Of a stretch of DNA of 64,000 bases, positions 55,395-64,000 are shown piece after piece. Below the pieces are notes generated by a model. The model made no database searches, was not told the origin of the DNA, and worked only from the letters and a program-made list of their open reading frames with translations. Made by a program: the position numbers and the translations under genes. Origin of the DNA: an uncultured Planctomycetaceae bacterium (lineage in GTDB: Bacteria > Planctomycetota > Planctomycetia > Pirellulales > PALSA-1355); the NCBI GenBank assembly GCA_963785305.1, contig CAWAUV010000007.1, forward strand, positions 2,172,615 to 2,236,614, given 5' to 3'. Position 1 is the first letter of the stretch, and each line of letters begins with the position of its first letter.

Positions 55395-57600
55395 TTAGTG
55401 CATTCCGCCATTTCGCAGCTTTTCAGGGATGAGCAACACGCGGCCAATTCCTGCCGTAGCATTTCGCTATTCGCTGCAAAGTCTTTGTCTCCTTGCTCGC
55501 GAGCGCCGTTGTGCCACGCATGTGCGCCCGAGCCCATCTCGTATGGAAACGGCGAGCGGCGAGCGCAACTCCAACGGTCGTTCCAGGCCCCCAAACTCCT
55601 GCTCGCATTGTCCCAATTGGATCGACGTACATGACCGGAGAATTCAGCACATACCGATAAAAATTATCATCATTGCTGTCAAACCCGATCGGATCCCTGC
55701 TCGCAAACCGTACCCATTCCGGAATATATTCCCGTTCCTTGTAGTAATATATTGAGGTTTCCGCGTCGAATTTCTGTCCCGTGAACAGCACATCGCAAGT
55801 CGGGAATGCGACTTGGGTATCGCTATCATCCCAGGCGATGGCAGTGGGTGGCGAGCCGGAATTCCTGAAGATGAGCGTGTTGCCGTAGGCGTCGTAGTCG
55901 TAGGCTTCGCGGATGACGCCGCTCGAATCGGCGAGGGCAATGGTGCGGTAGAGCAGGTCTTGTAGCGGGTAAAGTTCCTCGTCAGCCCCGAAGCCGTTAA
56001 GCGCGACATAATTATACTGCTGCAAGCATTCGTCGAGATAGATGCCCCAGATGTACTGTTTGGTTGGCGTGTCGGTTCCGCTGATTGTTTGGCGTTCCTC
56101 GACGCGGCGCCAGCCGCTGTAGATGAAATCCGCCGTGCCGTTGGGGATCGTTCCGCCGAGGCCGCCGTTACTGATGGTGACCTGGATGCGCCGGTTCATG
56201 GCGTCGTAGACGGATTGTTGGATGATCGCGCCGTCGCTCACTCGGTTGACCTGGACCAAACGGTTCAACGCATCCCAGGTGTAGCTGCGAATTCCATCAT
56301 TCGCCAAATTCCCATTCCCGCGGCGGGCGATGGATGGATCGCTGCTCGTGCCGTTGTCGCCGTGGTCGTAGGCGAAGTTCGTATTCGTCCCACCGACGCT
56401 GACGCGGGTGATCTGATTGACCCCGTTGTGCTGGCGAACTTCGGTCGTCAGCGAGCCGCCGACCGGGTCGGTGATGAAACGTCGCCAGTTGCCGAGGCCG
56501 TCGAGCACATATTCCGCCTCGGTGTTGGTGTTCGGCAGCGTGATCGCGGTGGAAATCGAACCGCCGCCGGCATTGCCGGGGCCGCCGGTGGCGCTCGAAG
56601 ACGCCGCGCTGGTACTGGAGCAGGCGGCCCAGCGAATCGTAGCAACCGGCGACCGGCCAATTCGTCGTCGGGTCGAACGCCTGATAAAGATGGTCGCGCT
56701 CTTCGCAGTGGAGTGAACGCTCGTAGAGCTTGTTTGACGAACGGTCGTACGCGGTCGTGAAGCCGACGGCCGCGGTGGTGTCGTTGTAAGCGTGGGTCGT
56801 TCCGTTGATCCCACCTGATAAGAAGCGCTTGGTGATCGGGCGGCCGCTGCCATCGTAGCCGAGGCGGTCGCTGGACTGATTGCCCCAATTGGGATTGCTG
56901 ACGCTCGATTGCACCGCCGAGTTGGTGCGGGCGTTGTTGAGCCACGACCAGATGACGTTGCCGCTGCTGCCGAGCCAGACTTCGGCCACGCGCTGTGGGC
57001 CGAAGAAGCTCCAAACGGCGACGTACTCCGTATTGGTGACGTCAAACACAACTGTGCGGCGATAAAGCACGTCGTACGTGTTCGCCAGTTGCCGGCCATT
57101 GGGGAAGGTGAAGCCGGTCAGTGGGCTCGACGTGAAAGCGGCGTTCGTCACGCTGCGCGTGTTGCCTTGGTAAGCTTGCGATTCCTCGAGGACGCGCGAG
57201 AGCGAGTCGTAAACCATCGTCACGCCGGCGGGGTAACCGCTCGCATAATCTTGCGAATTGGTCATGCGCGAGAGGCCATCGTACTGGAAGCTCTGCGAGG
57301 TCGTGCCCGCGACGCCCGTGGCCAACGAAATGCCCACCGCCGTTTTGCGGCCCAGCGAGTCGTAGGTGTTGGTGAACACCGAGCCGTTTTCGTCGGTATA
57401 GGTGACCACGTCGTTCGCCTCGTCGTAGACGCGGGTGCGGGTCGAGCCGTCGTGGAACGTCATGACCGTTTCGCGGTCCATTGTATCATATTGAAAACTC
57501 GTGACATCGCCCCGGTCGTCGATCAGTTGCAACAGGTTCCCATTGCCGTCCCAAACTTGGGTGGTGGTGATCGAGCCGGTGGTGAAGTACAACAGCACGA
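55395..57600 (-). pseudogene. RHS-repeat protein fragment (YD repeats + RHS core + short C-terminal region), N-terminus missing; frameshift ~56600
   Basis: YDTMDR, YDSLGR, YDGLSR, YDAMNRR; core FTGQKFDAETSIYYYKEREYIPEWVRFASRDPIG...YRYVLNSPVMYVDPIG. Confidence 0.88.
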
Positions 57601-57754
57601 GACAAGAGCGAGACGCTCGTGTCCGAGGCGCGAGCCGCGATCTGCTTCCGATCGGAACGGAAGGTGTTCTCCGCGGCGACCGGAAAAAAAGCGAGACGCC
57701 GACCCGATCGCAAAGACCGGGCCGGCGTCTCGTGAAGATTTCCACAACTCAGTG

Positions 57755-57839
57755 CAGAGAGCCCATCCGAGAACTTCGGCGAGCCCTCGCCCTACCCTCT
57801 CACCAACGGGGGCAGGGGGAGTTGTTGGATAGGTTGTTA
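57755..57839 (+). repeat. MITE/REP-like family A, copy 3
   Basis: AGAGCCCATCCGAGAACTTCGGCGAGCCCTCGCCCTACCCTCTC...GGGGGAGTTGTTGGATAGG; ends on the TAA stop of the Gfo/Idh/MocA gene. Confidence 0.75.
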
Positions 57840-59228
57840 GAGCGAATATCCTTCGCGGTAGGTCGCCTTGATGATCGGGTCGACTTCCGGAGCGTTGGTC
57901 GCCTTGAGATTCTTGGCGTCCCACTCGAGCTTTTTGCCCTGGCCCGAGGCGGCGGCCCACACGGCCAAATTGCCGAGCAGGATCGTTTCGCTCAAGGGTC
58001 CGGCATAGTCGGGGAAATTCGACATGGCCGGCGGGCCACCCTTGATGGCGAGGGCGAATTCCTTGAAGTGGCCGGGGCTCTTCACATACTCGACATGCTC
58101 CGGCTTTTGGATATCGCCGATCAGGACATTGTTTCCGCCGTAGTCGTCGGCCGAATAGAGCTTGCCCTTTTCGCCCACGATCACCATGCCACTGGCTTTC
58201 ATCTTGACCTTCTTCGACGGAATCTCCTTGCCCTCGGCGTCTTTTTGGGGCGGCTCTTCCGGCTTGCCATCGTCGAGCAGGCTCGGATCGGGCCGCTTGC
58301 CGCCATCGTACCACATCACTTTCACGCCCGGCCGCTTGTCGGTGGCGGGGAATTCGAAGGTGATCATCGACCACTTGGGATAGCTATCGTGGTTGTGGCC
58401 GGCGCTTTCCGCGACCACCGAAACCGGATTGCGCAGGTCGAGCGCCATGAACGGCTCGTTGAAGGTGTGGCAGGCCATGTCGCCCAGGGCGCCGGTGCCG
58501 AAATCCCACCATCCGCGCCAAGCAAAGGGATGATAACCGGCGCCGTAGGGGCGAACCGGCGCCGTGCCGAGCCAAAGGTCCCAATGCAAATGCTTCGGCG
58601 GCTCGGTGGCCGGCGGACGCTCGCCGCCCTGCGGCCAAATCGGGCGATTGGTCCAGACATGCACTTCCTTCACGGTGCCCAACACGCCGCCTTGAATCAT
58701 CGCCGCGCCTTCGCGCAGACCGTTGCCGGCCGTGCCCTGGTTGCCCATTTGGGTGGCGACTTTCATTTCTCGCGCGATCTCGCCCAGGCGGCGGGCTTCG
58801 TAGATCGTGTGCGTGAGCGGCTTCTGGCAGAAGCAGGCCAAGCCGGCGCGCATCGCCAAGGCCGAAGCCGCGGCGTGGTTGTGGTCGGGAGTGCTCACGG
58901 TCACGGCGTCGAGGCTCTTGCCGACCTCGTCGATCATCTTGCGAAAATCATTGAACTGCTTGGCCTTGGCGAATTTTTCGCTGCTGGCGCGCTTGTGGAG
59001 GGTGTTGTCGTCGACATCGCAAATGGCGACGATATCGCCGTGGTTCGAGGCGTCTTCCGAGTCGCTGCCGCCCTTGCCGCCCACGCCGATGCAACCAAAA
59101 CGAATCGCCTCGTTGGGCGACGTGCTTTCGGCCGCTCGCAGGCTCGACCAATAGCCAACTCCGATCAAGGCGCCGCCGGCCGCGGTCGTCTTGACGAAGT
59201 CGCGGCGCGATACACGATTTCTTGTCAT
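57837..59228 (-). CDS. Tat-exported Gfo/Idh/MocA family oxidoreductase
   Basis: SRRDFVK Tat motif, IGVGGKG, STPDHNH, CQKPL, WRGWWDFGTGALGDMACH. Confidence 0.95.
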   Translation of the reverse strand: MTRNRVSRRDFVKTTAAGGALIGVGYWSSLRAAESTSPNEAIRFGCIGVGGKGGSDSEDASNHGDIVAICDVDDNTLHKRASSEKFAKAKQFNDFRKMIDEVGKSLDAVTVSTPDHNHAAASALAMRAGLACFCQKPLTHTIYEARRLGEIAREMKVATQMGNQGTAGNGLREGAAMIQGGVLGTVKEVHVWTNRPIWPQGGERPPATEPPKHLHWDLWLGTAPVRPYGAGYHPFAWRGWWDFGTGALGDMACHTFNEPFMALDLRNPVSVVAESAGHNHDSYPKWSMITFEFPATDKRPGVKVMWYDGGKRPDPSLLDDGKPEEPPQKDAEGKEIPSKKVKMKASGMVIVGEKGKLYSADDYGGNNVLIGDIQKPEHVEYVKSPGHFKEFALAIKGGPPAMSNFPDYAGPLSETILLGNLAVWAAASGQGKKLEWDAKNLKATNAPEVDPIIKATYREGYSL

Positions 59229-59646
59229 CCGTCGATCTCCTCGTAGCTGTAGAAGAAAAAAGGTGGGGGCCGAGCGTTCGGATTATCGCCCGACGGGCGT
59301 CGGCCGAAGGCTGGAACTTGGAATGCGCAGGGTTCGAGCGCCTGCCACGCAACGCGCCGAAGAACCATCCATGCAAATGACGCAATGACCATCCGTGCAA
59401 TGAATTGGCGCCGGCGCGATACAAATGCAGATTCTAGCTAGCCGCCAAGGCAAATACAGCCCTTGGGCGCGGCGCCCCCGAAAAAAGTTTGACTCGCCGC
59501 GCTGGCAACCCATCGGCCGCGGCCTTATGATGACTGGTGTCAGGAAAAACGCGAATTTGCCGTGTTCGACGTCGAGACCGAAGTCGACCGGCCGATCGTG
59601 CCCTGCCCACTCGCTCCGCCCGCCTTTGCCGAACGAAGCTTCGTCC

Positions 59647-62206
59647 ATGTCCGCTCGCCCGGCGCCAATCTGGCCAGAGACACTCCCCGCGCATCGGCCG
59701 CCCCGCCCTTCGGTCGCGCGCCTCGCGCGATGGATCGTGTTCTCGCTCGCGACGCCGCTTGCCGGCCCGATCGCCAGGGCCGCCGACGATGCGGCGCCGG
59801 CCGCCGCCCCCGCTGTTGCAAACACCGCCGGCGCTGACACGTCGCTCGTGGCCAATTTCGAGTCCGCGGCCCAGCCGGTGCTGGCGGCGCACTGCGTCAA
59901 ATGCCACGGCCCGGAAACCCAAGAAGGCGGCCTACGCTTCGACGTGAAAGCGAACCGCGAGTCGCTGCTGCACGCGCAAGACCTGGCGCAAGGCAGCCGC
60001 GCAAGTGGTCTCCCGCGCCATGCCCCCCGAAGGCGAACCGCCGCTCGCCGACGACGAACATCGGCGCCTGCTCGCTTGGCTCGAATCCGCTTCCAATGCC
60101 ACGGGCCGCGACTCGCATCGCCCGCGAGATCCCGGGCCGCTGGCCTTCCGACGCCTCAACCTCGCCGAATACGATGCGTCGATCCGCTCCGTGCTCGGTT
60201 TCAAGTTTCACGCGGCCGAGGCGGTCGGGCTGCCCGATGAAGCGGGCGTGGGCAACGCCTATGGCAATCTCGCCACGGCGCTCGAGATTCCGCCGGCGAT
60301 GCTCGAAAAATATTTCGCCGCGGCCGACAAAGCGCTTGATATCTTCTTGGGCCTTGAAGACACTTCGGGCATCAATGGCGAGATTCTCGAAGCGGCTCGG
60401 TTGCGGCGAGGATTGTTGTTTGGCGTTCGCCCCAATCGTTGGCCGAAGCGCGGTGAACCGCTCCGCTTCGAGCCCGAGACTAGCGAGCGCCCGACGGTCT
60501 TGGCGGCGCTTGGCGTCGTGGCCCGAGCGGCATATCGTCGGCCGCCCACCAGCGACGAAACCGCGAGGCTGGCGGCGATCTATGATCGGGCCCGAGCCGA
60601 TGGGGCCGACTGCCTGGGCGGCATTCGGCTGGCGATGAAGACGATTCTTGTCTCGCCGCGGTTCCTGTTTCGCATCGACTCGTCGAACGACTCGGGCAGC
60701 GCGACGGGCGATGTCGCGCGATTGGACAATCACTCGCTGGCGGCGCGGCTTTCGTATTTCCTGTGGTCGGCGCCGCCCGACGCGCCCTTGTCCTCGGCGG
60801 CCGACGCCGGCTTGCTCACGAGCGCTGGCCCCTCGCCGGAGCCTACCCAATGGACCGGCGAGCCGATCGGCAGCGACGACCCGAGCAAAGAACGCGATAA
60901 GCGCCGCCAAGCGGCTTTTGACGACGACCTTGCCACCTGCTTCACCGCTCCGGTGGCCGACGGCGCCTGGATCGGGCTCGATCTTGGAACGGTGCGCGTC
61001 GTTTCCCGCCTGCGGTTCTCGGCGGGCGTCTATCAAGAAAACTCGCTCAAAGGCGGCAGGTTCCAAGCGTCGCCCACGGCGGATTTTTCCTCCGGCGTCG
61101 TGGATTTGCTCGTGCTCGATCAAGCCCCGGAGCAGGCTTGGCAATCGCGCGACTTGTCCTCGCCCGAATCCGGCCCGCGCGAGCCCTATCGCTATGTGCG
61201 ATATCTGGGTCCGCGCGGCAGCCACGGGCGGATCGCGGAATTCGAAGTTTGGGGGCCGGCCGAAGGTTCGACGCTCGAACTCGAAACGCGCCGCTTGCTC
61301 ATGGATCCGCGGGCCAAAGCGCTGACCGAGAATTTTTTCTTTCGCTGGCTCTCGCTCGACAAACTTCCCACAGCCCGCCCAAGCACCGAATTCTTTCCGA
61401 CCTTCAACGCCGATGTGCGCAAGGCGATGAGCGACGAAGCGGCGATGTTTCTCGATCGCTTGAGGACCGAAGATCGCGGCATCGTCGAGCTACTCGATTC
61501 GGACTACGCCTATCTGAACGAGGACCTGGCCAAATACTATGGAGTGCCCGATGTGGCGGGCAAGGAGTTTCGCCGTGTCGCGCTGAAGCCGGAATACCAT
61601 CGCGGCGGGCTGATCGGCATGGGCAGCATCCTGGCGATCAATTCCCACACTTCGCGCACCAGCCCAACTCTGCGCGGCAAATGGATATTGGATGCGCTCT
61701 TCGGCGCCGCTCCGCCGCCGCCGCCCGCCAATGCGGGCATGATCAAAGAGGAAGGCGGCAAAGGCAAGGAAGTGAAATCGTTTCGCGAGCAACTCGCGCG
61801 GCATGCCCAGCAAGCGTCGTGCGTGGCCTGTCATCGCAAGATGGACCCGCTCGGCTTTGCCCTCGACAATTACAACGCCGCCGGCGTGTGGCGCGACGAC
61901 GATCAAGGCCGACCGATCGACAATTCGGGCACGCTGCCCGACGGCCGCGTCATTCACGGCGCCGCGGACTTGAAGCAGGTGATTCTCGATCGCAAGCGGC
62001 AGTTCGTGCGTCACATGATCGAGGAATCGCTCACTTATGCCCTGGGCCGGGAACTCGACTATTTCGATGACCGCGCGATCGATGCAATCGAAGCCCGGCT
62101 GGAGCGCGACGGGCATCGGTTTTCGTCGCTGATTTTAGGGATCGTGGAAAGTTTTCCGTTTCAATATCGGCGCGGTGCTCATTTTTTGACGCGGGCCGAT
62201 CGATAG
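59647..62206 (+). CDS. Planctomycete cytochrome c / DUF1587-1595-1592-1588-1585 protein with inserted discoidin (F5/8 type C-like) domain; frameshifts ~59975-60000
   Basis: CVKCH and CVACH heme motifs; RRLNLAEY, LVSPRFLF, LSYFLWSAPPD, RTSPTLRGKW, DPLGFALDNY, YALGR. Confidence 0.9.
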
Positions 62207-62290
62207 AATACGATGCGCCGTGTTGATGCGCGCGAACGCCCAAATTTCCTCGAGGCGCACACCGCCTCGAACTGCCCGGAGAATACGCTT

Positions 62291-63751
62291 ATGGCGGCTT
62301 TCGGTCCGAAGGTATCACGGCGCACCATGCTTCGCGGCGCCGGAGCGGCGCTCGCCTTGCCATTTCTGGAATCGCTATTGCCGCGAGTGGCGCGGGCCGC
62401 CGCCGTGGCCCAGCCGCCGATCCGCATGGGTATCTTTACCGTCACCGGCGGCACGGTCTTGGAATCGTGGCGCCCAAAAGAAGCGGGGCCCCTGGGCACG
62501 CTGCCCTCGATCTTGCGACCGCTCGAGCCGGTGAAAGACAATCTGCTGGTCGTGTCGGGCCTCTCGAACCACGGCCGCACCGACAATCTCAACGGTCACG
62601 AAGCCTGCGCCTTCACGCACCTCACCGCGGCGCCGCTCGCGAAAAAAGAAGGCGGCAAGATTTACGCCGGCCCCTCGATCGACCAAGTGGTCGCCGAGGT
62701 CGTGGGACGCGAAACGCTCCTGCCCTCGCTCGAAATGGGCCTCAGCAATCAAGAGACCCGTTATTCGTTTCGCCGGGGCGGCAATTTGCCCTATGAGGCC
62801 AATCCGCGGCTGGTGTTCGATCGGATGTTTCGCGGGCGGCCGCTCGTGGCGCCCGATTGGCAACGACGGGCCAGCGCCAGCGCGGCCGGCGATATCGCGG
62901 CTGTTCGTTCGCCCGACCGGAGCGTGATCGACGCCGTGTTGGAAGAAACCCGGAGTCTACGCGGCGCCGCCGGGCGCGACGATCGACAAAAGCTCGATCG
63001 CTATCTCGACTCGGTGCGATCGGTCGAAAAACGCATCGACTTTCTCGAGCTCCGCCAGCGCGAAGACCTGCTCGACGTGGCCGCCGCGGAAAAGAGCGGC
63101 GATCGACGCCGAGTCTTGCGCGAGCCCGCGGGACTGCCGCCCGAGGGAACATCCATTTGGCAAGTGACCAAGCCCGTGCATGACGACTCGGATAAGCATG
63201 CCGAGTACATTCGGCTCATGGCCGAGCTGATGGTGCTGGCCTTCCAAACCGACACGACGCGCGTGGCCACGCTCGCCGCCGGCAGCGACGAGGCGATGTT
63301 TCACGGTGTGGTGACCGTCGGCTCGGAGCGGCATTGCCACACACTCGAGCATCAGGGCAATGCCGGCCGCCCTGAAGACGCCGACCCGATCTCGCGCGAG
63401 GCGTGCCGCCAAATCCATGCCTGGTACACGAGCCTGTTCGCCGAAATGATCCTCAAGATGCGCGATATCGACGAAGGCGGCAGCTCGCTGCTCGACAACT
63501 CCATGATCCTCTACACATCGTACATGGCCGATGGCGGCCACGGTCGCGACAATTACCCCGCCCTCCTCGCGGGCCGAGCCCAAGGCAAATTCAAGACCGG
63601 GCAGCATGTGGCTTTCGACAACAAAGCGCCGATGGCCAACCTGTATATCGAGATGGCCGAGCGCATGGGCGTGGCGCTCGACACATTCGGCGATTCGCAT
63701 GTCTCGCAATACGCCGGCGCGCTCAATGGCCGCCTGCCCGGAATGGTCTAG
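62291..63751 (+). CDS. DUF1552 domain protein (Tat signal)
   Basis: SRRTMLRGAGAALALPFLESL, SIDQ, NPRLVFDRMF, YLDSVRSVEKRI, LAFQTDTTRVAT, SLLDNS. Confidence 0.93.
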   Translation: MAAFGPKVSRRTMLRGAGAALALPFLESLLPRVARAAAVAQPPIRMGIFTVTGGTVLESWRPKEAGPLGTLPSILRPLEPVKDNLLVVSGLSNHGRTDNLNGHEACAFTHLTAAPLAKKEGGKIYAGPSIDQVVAEVVGRETLLPSLEMGLSNQETRYSFRRGGNLPYEANPRLVFDRMFRGRPLVAPDWQRRASASAAGDIAAVRSPDRSVIDAVLEETRSLRGAAGRDDRQKLDRYLDSVRSVEKRIDFLELRQREDLLDVAAAEKSGDRRRVLREPAGLPPEGTSIWQVTKPVHDDSDKHAEYIRLMAELMVLAFQTDTTRVATLAAGSDEAMFHGVVTVGSERHCHTLEHQGNAGRPEDADPISREACRQIHAWYTSLFAEMILKMRDIDEGGSSLLDNSMILYTSYMADGGHGRDNYPALLAGRAQGKFKTGQHVAFDNKAPMANLYIEMAERMGVALDTFGDSHVSQYAGALNGRLPGMV

Positions 63752-63771
63752 AAATCGAAGGGTCGGAGCTC

Positions 63772-64000
63772 ATGGCCGATTCGGCCCAGCCAGTTGCATC
63801 GCCATCGGCGGAAGCATCGCCCGCCGCTGGACAGTCCGCGCCGAATGCGAGCGCTGGCTCCGACGCAAGCGCTGGGCTCGCCGGGCCGGCGATGTTCGTC
63901 GTCGTGGGGCATCAGGGCCAGCGGATACGCTCGCTCGATGGCGAAAACTGGACCGACTTGCAATCCGGCAAGGAGGGCGAAGTCTTTCGCTCGGTGGTCC
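63772..64000 (+). CDS. Hypothetical protein, partial (BNR/beta-propeller-like)
   Basis: GGAG RBS + ATG; MFVVVGHQGQRIRSLDGENWT; open to the window end. Confidence 0.6.
   Translation, partial: MADSAQPVASPSAEASPAAGQSAPNASAGSDASAGLAGPAMFVVVGHQGQRIRSLDGENWTDLQSGKEGEVFRSVV

Overview
High-GC bacterial window with a clear Planctomycetota (probably Pirellulales-like) signature: DUF1559 pilin-like proteins, a DUF1592/DUF1552 pair, a LEPR-XLL giant protein and PEP-CTERM proteins. About 20 otherwise intact genes carry single-base frameshifts, most likely long-read consensus errors. Two loci stand out. (1) A 7-gene minus-strand operon (14.4-23.0 kb) encodes an EhpF/GriC-like adenylating enzyme, an ALDH-fold reductase lacking the hydrolytic Glu, an Fe-ADH, a PQQ-type beta-propeller, a HemN-like radical SAM enzyme, a GcvH-like carrier and a 2x[4Fe-4S] protein. 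This looks like an uncharacterised carboxylate-reduction/biosynthetic pathway. (2) A surface-display locus (32-46 kb) encodes a ~2,460-aa LEPR-XLL adhesin-like protein ending in a dockerin-like duplicated motif, immediately followed by a small cohesin-like protein with a PEP-CTERM anchor. It is flanked by a TPR-GT41 glycosyltransferase, a DUF1559 protein, a GT2 and a TadE-like gene. Also present: a ~2,250-aa autotransporter-repeat PEP-CTERM protein, a degraded IS3 element abutting an orphan RHS fragment, a GspE::DUF1559 deletion scar, a DUF1592 cytochrome with an inserted discoidin domain, and three families of small palindromic MITE/REP-like repeats that sit on stop codons. No rRNA, tRNA or CRISPR array was seen. 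All family assignments come from motif recognition by eye; no database searches were run.
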